This document shows, piece by piece, positions 40,098 through 48,921 of a stretch of DNA of 64,000 nucleotides (its first letter is position 1; every line of letters starts with the position of its first letter). The stretch lies in contig CBDFJG010000002.1 in assembly GCA_965248445.1 (NCBI GenBank), positions 256,001 to 320,000 on the forward strand, written 5' to 3'. The notes below the pieces were generated by a model that saw nothing but the letters and a program-made list of their open reading frames with translations, searched no databases and was not told the DNA's origin. A program made the translations under genes and the position numbers. This DNA is from Planctomycetota bacterium. GTDB lineage: Bacteria > Planctomycetota > JAJSAM01 > JAJVHW01.

Positions 40098-41015
40098 GTG
40101 CCGTCGCAGAACGAATGGGACGCCGACATCGCCCTCGACGCGGACACCGCGCGCGACGTGCTCGAGGCGCAGTTCCCGGCGGTGTTCTCTCCTCTGGCGC
40201 CGGCGCGGGTCACGCTGCTCCCTGCCGGCTGGGACAACCACGTGTTCCTGGTCAACGACGAGTGGGTCTTCCGCTTCCCGCGGCGGGAGATCGCCGTGCG
40301 CTTCCTCGCGTACGAGCAAGAGTGCCTGCCCGCACTCGCGGCGCACCTTCCGTTGCCGGTCCCCGTCCCCGCGATGCTCGGATCCGCGACCGCCGGCTTC
40401 CCCCGCGCGTTCTTCGGGTATCGGGTGCTCGCCGGCACCACGGCCTGCCGTGCGGATCTCACGCCGGCGCAGCGGGCCGCGTGCGCGCAGCCGCTGGGGG
40501 ACTTCCTGCGCTCTCTCCACGCGCTCTCGCCGTCGATCGAGCTGCCTCCGGGCTTCATTCACCGGGCGGACGTGCGCCGCCGGGCGGGCCCGATGCGTGA
40601 GCGCGTGTTGGCGCTCAGCGGGGAGCCCGGCCTCGACGTGGACGCGCTGGTCGCTGTGATCGACGAGGCCGCGGCGGCAACACCCTGGGACGGCCGGGCG
40701 GTGCCGTGCCACGGCGACCTCTATGCGCGCCACGTCCTCGTGGACGAGGGGCTCCGGCCTTGCGGCATCATCGACTGGGGCGACGTCCACGGGGGCGATC
40801 GCGCGGTGGACCTGGGCGTCGCGTGGAGCTTCCTCCCGGCTGCGGCGCGCCAGGAGTTCCGCGCAGCCTATGGCCCGCTCGACGCCGACACCTGGGCGCG
40901 CGCCCGCTACCGGGCGGTGCACTACGGAGTGCATCTCTTGCGCTACGGCCGTGCCGAGGGCGACGAGGCGATCCTGAGAGCGTCCGCTTGGGCGTTCGAG
41001 GGTGCCTTGGCGTGA
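40098..41015 (+). CDS. Aminoglycoside phosphotransferase-like kinase
   Basis: GWDN, VFRFPR, HGDLYARH, IIDWGD, DLG. Confidence 0.85.
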   Translation: MPSQNEWDADIALDADTARDVLEAQFPAVFSPLAPARVTLLPAGWDNHVFLVNDEWVFRFPRREIAVRFLAYEQECLPALAAHLPLPVPVPAMLGSATAGFPRAFFGYRVLAGTTACRADLTPAQRAACAQPLGDFLRSLHALSPSIELPPGFIHRADVRRRAGPMRERVLALSGEPGLDVDALVAVIDEAAAATPWDGRAVPCHGDLYARHVLVDEGLRPCGIIDWGDVHGGDRAVDLGVAWSFLPAAARQEFRAAYGPLDADTWARARYRAVHYGVHLLRYGRAEGDEAILRASAWAFEGALA

Positions 41016-41088
41016 GGGCGGCGGGCGCCGCCGGAAATCGCTTCCCCGGCCGCGGGCGTGTCCCACAATCTCCCGCCCGGGCCGCACG

Positions 41089-41163
41089 GCCAGCGTAGCT
41101 CAATGGCAGAGCCCCTGTTTTGTAAACAGGAGGTTGTGGGTTCGAGTCCCGCCGCTGGCTCCA
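41089..41163 (+). tRNA. tRNA-Thr(TGT)
   Basis: GCCAGCG acceptor stem, anticodon loop TTTGTAA, GTTCGAGTCC T-arm, encoded CCA. Confidence 0.96.
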
Positions 41164-41228
41164 TGGCCGTGTGTACCGGGTCGCGCGCGACACGATCGCG
41201 TGCGCGCACGCAGCCTGACATCAACGGT

Positions 41229-41314
41229 GGGTAGTTGCCTGAGCGGTCAAAAGGACCAGACTGTAAATCTGGCGGCGTACGCCTTCAGTGGTTCGAATCC
41301 ACTACTGCCCACCA
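41229..41314 (+). tRNA. tRNA-Tyr(GTA)
   Basis: GGGTAGT/ACTGCCC acceptor stem, CCAGA-CTGTAAA-TCTGG, long variable arm, TTCGAATCC, ACCA. Confidence 0.96.
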
Positions 41315-41323
41315 CGCTGCGTC

Positions 41324-41454
41324 GCGGCACTCGGGTCGCGCAGCGACCCTCGCGCCGCTCCTTGCGTGCGTGTCTCCCGCCTACGCGGTCTCCGACCGCT
41401 ACGGCGGTGGCTCGCTGCGCGCGGGCACTGCGGTCGCTCCGCGACCTCGTGCCC
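41324..41454. repeat. Two related REP-like hairpins
   Basis: GGCACTCGGGTCGC-GCA-GCGACCCTCGCGCC and GGGCACTGCGGTCGC-TCC-GCGACCTCGTGCCC. Confidence 0.55.
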
Positions 41455-41626
41455 ATGCTCGCTCGCGCGCGCCGCTGACACCGGGTCTAAGAACTACACC
41501 TTTAAGCCTGGGCGTGGCTGGATACGGAGCCAGGACCAGCTGATGCGCCCCGACGCTCGGATGTTCCGATTCGAGCCCTCCAATCCGGCCGATTCCGTCC
41601 TGACTCGGTGCGCACGTACTCGTGAG

Positions 41627-43158
41627 GTACCCGTTCAGGGTATGACGATCCGCGGCCTCAGCGCGTGATCGGGAGCGCGACGAGAGCCGGCGGCGAGCGG
41701 TTGTGCGCGAGTGCCGCGCTGACGTCTGCGAGGTAATCGAAGACGCTCTCGCCACGCTGGCGGAGCGTGGCGGTGACGGTCAGGATGCGCTCGACGAAGC
41801 GGAGTCCGCGCTCGCTCTGACTTCCGTGCGTTGCGCGTCTCCACAGGACCGGCTTGCGCACCGCGCGCTCAGCGGCGTTGTTCGTCGGGGAGACGCCAGG
41901 GACGTCGGCGAAGGTCCACAGAGCCTCCGCTCGGTCGAGCAGATGCCGAGTCGTTCCGCGTACTCGGCGGTGCTTGCTGTCTGCGCCGCGCACGAGCAGC
42001 GTCAGGAGTCGGTCCCATGTGAGACGCAGCTCACGCCGCATGCGGTCGCGGTCCCCGTGCTCGCCGAAGTGACGCTGAGCTCGCATGACAGCCTGGGCGA
42101 GACGCACGGCCTGCTTGCCGAAGCGCCGGCCGCCGCGCGAGCCCTCGGCCAGCGCTCGAAAGTCCCTCTCGAGATGCGCCCAGCAGATCTGGCGGCGCTC
42201 GGTGGGATGCTGGTCGTAAGCGCCCATACGGTCGGTCACGAGGACGCCCCTGAAGCGCTTGCCCACGAGTCGCCGCATGGCCTTGGCGCTCCTGCGCCGA
42301 TCGATACGATGGACCGTGGCGTGCTCACAGACCGCGCTCCACAGCCAATGCAGCGTGCCACGACGCGACCACGGTGTCTCGTCTACATAGGCGACGCTGC
42401 TCGTGCGTACGGCCCCGAGGGCCTCGATGTGCGCTGAGGAGATGGCTCCCGACACCCGCTCCTCGATCGCACTGACCGTGCCCGGTGACATCGAGACGCC
42501 GATGACGTCACGCAACAGACGACTGGTCTCGCGCCGCGACAGGCGGAAGACGCCGACCAGAGCCGCGGTGAGCGCACAGAGTCGCGGGCCGAAGGGACTC
42601 GCCGTCACACCGCTTGGCAGCGAGGCAGTGGACGTGGCGCCACAGTCCGTGCACCGTGCCCGGTGCAACCGGTGCTCGGTCACCTGGATCAGCCGTGGCG
42701 GGACCTCGAAGACCTGCTGGCGTGTCGGGGCGCGATCGATCGGGACGAGCACGTCGCTCCCACACGCGCTGCACTCGCGCGGGCGGTGGTCCTCTACGCC
42801 ATCGACCTCGGACTCGTCCACGAGCTTGCGCGTCGCCCCTTTGTGGCCGGGCTGCGCACCCTGGCGCTTGTCCGACGGCGGCTTGCGCCGCCGCCGCTTC
42901 TTGGACCACGACGGATCCGAGGACGGTGGGCGCGAGGAGGTGCGGGAGTCCCGGCGAAGACGGCTCTCGAGATCGTCGATCCGTGCCGCCTGCCGCTCGA
43001 TCACCTCCGCCTGCTCGGCAATCGTCTCGTCCCGAGCGTCCAGACGACGGGTCAGGCGCTCGACCAGATCACGCAGCTCATCGGTGCCCACATCCGATTC
43101 ATCGACCGAACGGAAAGCGATCTGGATCCGAGCTCAGAACCAAGGGCTGAACGGGTAC
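41627..43158 (-). mobile_element. IS66-family element, single-ORF (ISBst12-group-like), complete copy A
   Basis: Terminal IR GTACCCGTTCAG at 41627 and its complement ending 43158; 1532 bp. Confidence 0.9.
41658..43091 (-). CDS. IS66 family transposase
   Basis: Coiled coil, SSRPPSSD, QPGH, CxxC fingers, VDET, TD, QICWAHL.R, PTNNAAERAVR. Confidence 0.95.
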   Translation of the reverse strand: MGTDELRDLVERLTRRLDARDETIAEQAEVIERQAARIDDLESRLRRDSRTSSRPPSSDPSWSKKRRRRKPPSDKRQGAQPGHKGATRKLVDESEVDGVEDHRPRECSACGSDVLVPIDRAPTRQQVFEVPPRLIQVTEHRLHRARCTDCGATSTASLPSGVTASPFGPRLCALTAALVGVFRLSRRETSRLLRDVIGVSMSPGTVSAIEERVSGAISSAHIEALGAVRTSSVAYVDETPWSRRGTLHWLWSAVCEHATVHRIDRRRSAKAMRRLVGKRFRGVLVTDRMGAYDQHPTERRQICWAHLERDFRALAEGSRGGRRFGKQAVRLAQAVMRAQRHFGEHGDRDRMRRELRLTWDRLLTLLVRGADSKHRRVRGTTRHLLDRAEALWTFADVPGVSPTNNAAERAVRKPVLWRRATHGSQSERGLRFVERILTVTATLRQRGESVFDYLADVSAALAHNRSPPALVALPITR

Positions 43159-44403
43159 GTCCACAGAGCCTCCGCTCGGTCGAGCAGATGCCGAGTCGTT
43201 CCGCGTACTCGGCGGTGCTTGCTGTCTGCGCCGCGCACGAGCAGCGTCAGGAGTCGGTCCCATGTGAGACGCAGCTCACGCCGCATGCGGTCGCGGTCCC
43301 CGTGCTCGCCGAAGTGACGCTGAGCTCGCATGACAGCCTGGGCGAGACGCACGGCCTGCTTGCCGAAGCGCCGGCCGCCGCGCGAGCCCTCGGCCAGCGC
43401 TCGAAAGTCCCTCTCGAGATGCGCCCAGCAGATCTGGCGGCGCTCGGTGGGATGCTGGTCGTAAGCGCCCATACGGTCGGTCACGAGGACGCCCCTGAAG
43501 CGCTTGCCCACGAGTCGCCGCATGGCCTTGGCGCTCCTGCGCCGATCGATACGATGGACCGTGGCGTGCTCACAGACCGCGCTCCACAGCCAATGCAGCG
43601 TGCCACGACGCGACCACGGTGTCTCGTCTACATAGGCGACGCTGCTCGTGCGTACGGCCCCGAGGGCCTCGATGTGCGCTGAGGAGATGGCTCCCGACAC
43701 CCGCTCCTCGATCGCACTGACCGTGCCCGGTGACATCGAGACGCCGATGACGTCACGCAACAGACGACTGGTCTCGCGCCGCGACAGGCGGAAGACGCCG
43801 ACCAGAGCCGCGGTGAGCGCACAGAGTCGCGGGCCGAAGGGACTCGCCGTCACACCGCTTGGCAGCGAGGCAGTGGACGTGGCGCCACAGTCCGTGCACC
43901 GTGCCCGGTGCAACCGGTGCTCGGTCACCTGGATCAGCCGTGGCGGGACCTCGAAGACCTGCTGGCGTGTCGGGGCGCGATCGATCGGGACGAGCACGTC
44001 GCTCCCACACGCGCTGCACTCGCGCGGGCGGTGGTCCTCTACGCCATCGACCTCGGACTCGTCCACGAGCTTGCGCGTCGCCCCTTTGTGGCCGGGCTGC
44101 GCACCCTGGCGCTTGTCCGACGGCGGCTTGCGCCGCCGCCGCTTCTTGGACCACGACGGATCCGAGGACGGTGGGCGCGAGGAGGTGCGGGAGTCCCGGC
44201 GAAGACGGCTCTCGAGATCGTCGATCCGTGCCGCCTGCCGCTCGATCACCTCCGCCTGCTCGGCAATCGTCTCGTCCCGAGCGTCCAGACGACGGGTCAG
44301 GCGCTCGACCAGATCACGCAGCTCATCGGTGCCCACATCCGATTCATCGACCGAACGGAAAGCGATCTGGATCCGAGCTCAGAACCAAGGGCTGAACGGG
44401 TAC
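43159..44403 (-). mobile_element. Truncated tandem copy of IS66 A (equivalent to 41914..43158) with 3'-truncated transposase
   Basis: 1245-bp duplicate, apparently identical, ending in the same IR (CTGAACGGGTAC). Confidence 0.9.
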
Positions 44404-44842
44404 GCGTGTCGGGGCGCGATCGATCGGGACGAGCACGTCGCTCCCACACGCGCTGCACTCGCGCGGGCGGTGGTCCTCTACGCCATCGACCTCGGACTCG
44501 TCCACGAGCTTGCGCGTCGCCCCTTTGTGGCCGGGCTGCGCACCCTGGCGCTTGTCCGACGGCGGCTTGCGCCGCCGCCGCTTCTTGGACCACGACGGAT
44601 CCGAGGACGGTGGGCGCGAGGAGGTGCGGGAGTCCCGGCGAAGACGGCTCTCGAGATCGTCGATCCGTGCCGCCTGCCGCTCGATCACCTCCGCCTGCTC
44701 GGCAATCGTCTCGTCCCGAGCGTCCAGACGACGGGTCAGGCGCTCGACCAGATCACGCAGCTCATCGGTGCCCACATCCGATTCATCGACCGAACGGAAA
44801 GCGATCTGGATCCGAGCTCAGAACCAAGGGCTGAACGGGTAC
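44404..44842 (-). mobile_element. Second truncated tandem copy of IS66 A (equivalent to 42720..43158)
   Basis: 439-bp duplicate ending in the same IR. Confidence 0.9.
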
Positions 44843-45118
44843 GGACGCGGCATCTCTCTTCGAGGTCCGGTTCAGGTCATGCGCACCAAGATCTCGGGTG
44901 CCGGCGCCGAGGGCGTCTTCGTGGAACTCGGGGGGACGCTTCTCGACAGGGTGACCATCAAGGACTCGACGCTCGACGGCCTCCACGTCGTCGAGGGAGG
45001 CAATGAGTTCGTGAAGGTCAAGGCGTCGGGGAGCGGCGCACTGGACGTCGTCGACGAAGCGGGCGCCGCCGCGAACACGTACACGAACTGCAAGTTCGGG
45101 AACGCCTCGCCGCCGTAG
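44843..45118 (+). pseudogene. 3' remnant of a right-handed beta-helix repeat protein
   Basis: GRGISL..ISGAGAEGVFV..IKDSTLDGLHV..N..TYTNCKFG periodicity; begins exactly at the IS end. Confidence 0.55.
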
Positions 45119-45339
45119 CCATGGCGAGTTGATCGGCGGGTGCGAGCCGCGAAGTGTCGCATTTCTGCGCACTTGCGGCGTGAGGCACGCCGACAGGCTC
45201 GTTTCGAGAGACTAAATCGCTCTCAAACGCTTCTGAATGAACAGGAAACACGCTTGCGACCGATATACGAGGTAAGCGACGGTGCGTGCGCAGCACCGGC
45301 GCCGACAGGCTCAGAAGAGAGAGAGAAGGGAGGGACTCC

Positions 45340-45594
45340 ATGAGTACTGCTCCTCTGTTCATCGAGCTCGATGTGTTCGGAGATGCCCTGGGACTCGTCA
45401 ATTCGAGTCAAGGCGGGGCTGACTATCAGGATGTCCGCGGGCTCTACCGCGATCTGTCGATGATCGTCGTGGGCTGGCTGGCAAAGGCGTCACGCTACGA
45501 AGTGGCGAAGGCCTACGAGATCGGCGGTTGGCGCGGCACGCCCAACGTCCATGCGCTGCAACAGGCAGCCCGGATGTGGTACGCCGCGAAGTAA
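45340..45594 (+). pseudogene. Hypothetical gene truncated by IS66 B
   Basis: GGGAGGG RBS and ATG; the stop codon is supplied by the IS terminus GTAA. Confidence 0.45.
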
Positions 45595-47090
45595 CCGTTC
45601 ACCCCTTCGTCGCGAGCCAGGATCCAGATCGTTCGGCCATCGGTCGATCAAGAGGTTGTGGGCGAGCGGCAGGACGAGGATCTGCGGGCGATGGTCGAGG
45701 GCCTTCTGGCCTGGATCGAGGAGTTGGAGCGTCGCGAAGCGAAGCATCTGCGCCGCATCGACGAGCTCGAGTCGCGTCTGAAGCGTGACTCCCGCAACAG
45801 CTCGAGGCCTCCGTCGTCGGACCCGGCGTGGTCCAAGCGCCGTCGCGGCCGAAGGCCGCGTAGCGGTCGCAAGCAGGGCGGACAGCCGGGCCATGAGGGC
45901 ACGGCGCGCGAGCTGGTGGATCCGTCCAACGTCGATGAGACCAAGGAGCACCGTCCCGACCTCTGCGACGCGTGCGGACACGACGATCTCGAGCAGGGCA
46001 TCGGCGATCCGTACCGGCACCAGGTGACGGTGCTCCCGCGCGTGCTCGTCACGGTGCGGGAGCACCGGCTGCACAAGGCGCGGTGCCGGCGCTGTCGTGC
46101 GGTCACGACGGCGGTCCTGCCCGATGGCGTGCCGACCGGGGCCTTCGGTCCGCGGCTGACCACACTTGCCGGCGCGCTGCGCGGCGTGTACCGCGTGAGC
46201 GTGCGGGAGACGCAGCGGCTGCTCGGTGAGATCTTCGGTGTGAAGATGTCGCTGGGCAAGATCAGCGACTGTGAGCGTCGGCTCAGTGACGCTCTGCACT
46301 CGTCGTACCTCGAAGCCCTCGGGGCAGTCCGCACGTCGCTGCGAGCCAACGTGGACGAGACGTCGTGGAAGGAACGGGGCCGGGTGTGCTGGCTGTGGGC
46401 GGCGGAGAGCGAGCACGCCACAGCCTTCGGGATCGATCGCCGCCGCAGTGCCAAGGCGAAAGGGCGGCTGATCGGGCGGCGCTTCGGTGGCACGGTGATC
46501 AGCGACCGGATGGGTGCCTACGAGTCACACCCACTTGCCCGCCGCCAGCTCTGCTGGGCGCACATCGAGCGCGCCTTCCGTGCGCTGGCCGAAGGCCCGC
46601 GAGGACATCGCCGCTTCGGCAACAAGGGCGTCATGATCGCGCAGTCGGTCATGCGCAGCTACCGGCTCTTCGGTGAGCACGGCGACCGTGACCGGCTGCA
46701 AGGCGAAGCCGCTGTGCTGCGCGGACGGCTCGAGCGACTGATCGCGAACGACGACTCGGCTCTGGCCAACCATCTGCGCCCCCGCGTGGTCGCCCTCTTC
46801 ACCTATGCGCGGACCCAGGACGTGAGTCCGACGAACAACGCCGCCGAGCGCGCGGTCCGCAAAGCGGTGCTCTGGCGCAAGGGCTCCTTCGGAAGCCAGT
46901 CCGCTCGCGGACTCCGCTTCGCCGAGCGCGTGTTGACCGCCGCGGCCACGCTGCGACGCCGTGGCGACCAAGTCTTCGACTTCCTCGCCGACTCGGTCGC
47001 CGCGCACCTCACCGGCGCCGACCCGCCCGTCATGGTCCCGCTGCCCGTCGCACGCTGAGGCTCACACGCTGTCAAGGGGTGAACGGTTAC
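45591..47090 (+). mobile_element. IS66-family element B (single ORF)
   Basis: Perfect 17-bp IR GTAACCGTTCACCCCTT; flanks GCCGCGAA / GCCGCGTC (imperfect 8-bp TSD); 1500 bp. Confidence 0.92.
45658..47058 (+). CDS. IS66 family transposase (divergent relative of copy A)
   Basis: SSRPPSSD, GQPGH, VDET, SD, QLCWAH, PTNNAAERAVR. Confidence 0.95.
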   Translation: MGERQDEDLRAMVEGLLAWIEELERREAKHLRRIDELESRLKRDSRNSSRPPSSDPAWSKRRRGRRPRSGRKQGGQPGHEGTARELVDPSNVDETKEHRPDLCDACGHDDLEQGIGDPYRHQVTVLPRVLVTVREHRLHKARCRRCRAVTTAVLPDGVPTGAFGPRLTTLAGALRGVYRVSVRETQRLLGEIFGVKMSLGKISDCERRLSDALHSSYLEALGAVRTSLRANVDETSWKERGRVCWLWAAESEHATAFGIDRRRSAKAKGRLIGRRFGGTVISDRMGAYESHPLARRQLCWAHIERAFRALAEGPRGHRRFGNKGVMIAQSVMRSYRLFGEHGDRDRLQGEAAVLRGRLERLIANDDSALANHLRPRVVALFTYARTQDVSPTNNAAERAVRKAVLWRKGSFGSQSARGLRFAERVLTAAATLRRRGDQVFDFLADSVAAHLTGADPPVMVPLPVAR

Positions 47091-47323
47091 GCCGCGTCGA
47101 AGGCCACGGGCAGCACGCCGCACCCCCTACTTGCTATCGAGTTCTTCCCGAATCTCTGTCTCGAGCTCGGCCGCCACGTCGTAGTGGCGCCCGATGCGCA
47201 GCCGCGACTCCGTGATGCTCAAGACGGCGTCGATCGCGTCGATCGTCTTGGCCCTTGTTCTTCAGGCGGCGCGCCTCACCGAGTTTCGCCTCCTGCGCGT
47301 CGAGCTGTCTCGTGGCCGTGGCG

Positions 47324-47761
47324 TCATGACTCCAACTCGCCCCACGTGCACACCCGAATCCCTGAGAATTGCTCCGTGCGCCGCTGGATGAAGCGCAGGA
47401 TCGCGTCACGAACGGACTGCACGTCGCGATCGTGTTTGCTACTCCGCCTGAGGAGCAGCGCGCGCAAGGGCGTATCCATGTGCCAGACCTGAAGAGTCCA
47501 CACGTCTCGATCGGCCTCCCCGGTCGGGCCTATCACTGTCCACGTCAAGTGGATCGCGACGATCGTGGCCCGTGAGTCCACAACCGCCGTGAAGCCAGAT
47601 CCCTCGGCGATCGGTTGCCCCCGCGCCGAGATAGACTCACTCTCGATGCCGTCGAGGATGTGCCGCAGGCACATCCTCCCCGCGGCATCGGGCGACGCAT
47701 TGGGATCGTTGGCTAGGCTCGCCGGGAACATGGCGCTTTCAAAGGCCAAGACCTCATCCAA
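47324..47761 (-). CDS. Hypothetical protein, candidate immunity protein
   Basis: 145-aa ORF starting 5 bp after the reconstructed toxin stop; atypical lower-GC codons. Confidence 0.45.
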   Translation of the reverse strand: MDEVLAFESAMFPASLANDPNASPDAAGRMCLRHILDGIESESISARGQPIAEGSGFTAVVDSRATIVAIHLTWTVIGPTGEADRDVWTLQVWHMDTPLRALLLRRSSKHDRDVQSVRDAILRFIQRRTEQFSGIRVCTWGELES

Positions 47762-47766
47762 CCTAG

Positions 47767-48921
47767 CTAGTAGTCACCTTCGTTCGCGCCCTCCGACGAG
47801 AGAGCATCCCACACCCCGTAGGAGACACCCGCGCCACCAACAACGATAACCCCGCCGGCGACCTTCAGTCGAGTGGGACTTGCGTACCAGCGTACCAGAT
47901 GTACTGCGTCTTGCTGAATGACTCAAGGCCGCCGACAACGTTCGCCGCATTCCACGGTTCCCCCCTGAACAGAGGGAACGTATTGCCTGTCTTGCGTCCG
48001 AAGGGCGCGATCCCGCCGGGGCCCCGGGGCCTCCACCGTGTGCTCGTGCATGGAATTCGTAGAACTGACCCTTCGTCGCTCGCGAGCCGCGAGCCTAGCG
48101 TCTTCAGGTTCCAGGCGCTGTCGACGTATCGACTCAAGAGCCGCCCGCGCAGCGACTCTGGGCCGTACCTCGGGATGAGGACCTTCTTGATGTAGGCGCT
48201 GTGAACGAAGTGATGTCCTGGCCGCGTGTAGGGGGTAGCGAGCCTCTCGGCAGCGCGCTGGGAGTAGCCCTGCTTCAGATAGCGAGTCGTCTGATCGGCT
48301 ACGGCGTCACCGCGCCTCACGATCGTCCCGAGACGCTGATAGTACCGTGAGACGCCCTCTTCGAACGTACCCGCCGTGATGCCCGATGCCTTCGACGCGA
48401 ACGGGCCGAGCACACCACCCAGCACGCCGCACGCCGCCAGCGATGGCAGCTCGAGTTATGGATCCATCGTCCCAGTCGCTCGGGGTAATCGAGTCGTGCT
48501 TCAGCGTCTGCCAGAGCGCCTCCTCTGCGATTGCCGTCGCGGCGCCAACGGCCACACCGGTCCCGACAGCCAACGCCGCCCCCCAGAAGGTCGCCCCGGT
48601 TGCACTCACCGCGGCGGCGACGGAGAGTCCGCCCGCCACCGCCGCCCCGCCAAGTACAGCGATGACCAGTGCCCCGACCGTGTAGACGCCCATCTCCAAG
48701 GGCGTCATGCCCTCGAACATGTCGCCGAGTGCATCCAGGCCGCTCTGGAACGCGCCCTCGGCTTTGGCGAAGTTGAACGCAGCGTGCGCGCGCTCGAGGC
48801 GCAACAACTGATCCGAGTCGTCGATCCCCGCGGCTTCGAGCGCATCGTCAGCGCCGAACCATCGGCCGGCGAGGTCTACCGCGGACTCCAGCAGATTTCG
48901 CGCCGCGGAGCCTGGGACTAA
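47767..48921 (-). pseudogene. C-terminal part of a polymorphic (RHS-like) toxin with His-His nuclease-like tip; four frameshifts; 5' end cut by IS1380
   Basis: Gly/Ala-rich hydrophobic linker, then GYS...LATPY..GHHF...WNLK..GQFYEFH...IWYASP; frame restored by removing 7,7,8,8-bp duplications. Confidence 0.65.

Noticed and set aside
40098..41015. Antibiotic-resistance call for the APH-like gene, and for blaI/M56
   Set aside because: Both families are broad; there is no substrate evidence and no beta-lactamase or PBP domain.
44965..44978. CTCGACGx2 7-bp duplication as another footprint
   Set aside because: The frame reads as a sensible beta-helix repeat on both sides (IKDSTLDGLHV), so it is probably chance; this shows such repeats alone are not proof.
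45188..45312. 13-bp direct repeat CGCCGACAGGCTC about 112 bp apart
   Set aside because: Only two copies, with no associated element or inverted ends.
47227..47245. GCGTCGATCx2 9-bp duplication
   Set aside because: In-frame (IDA-IDA), so it cannot be distinguished from native sequence.
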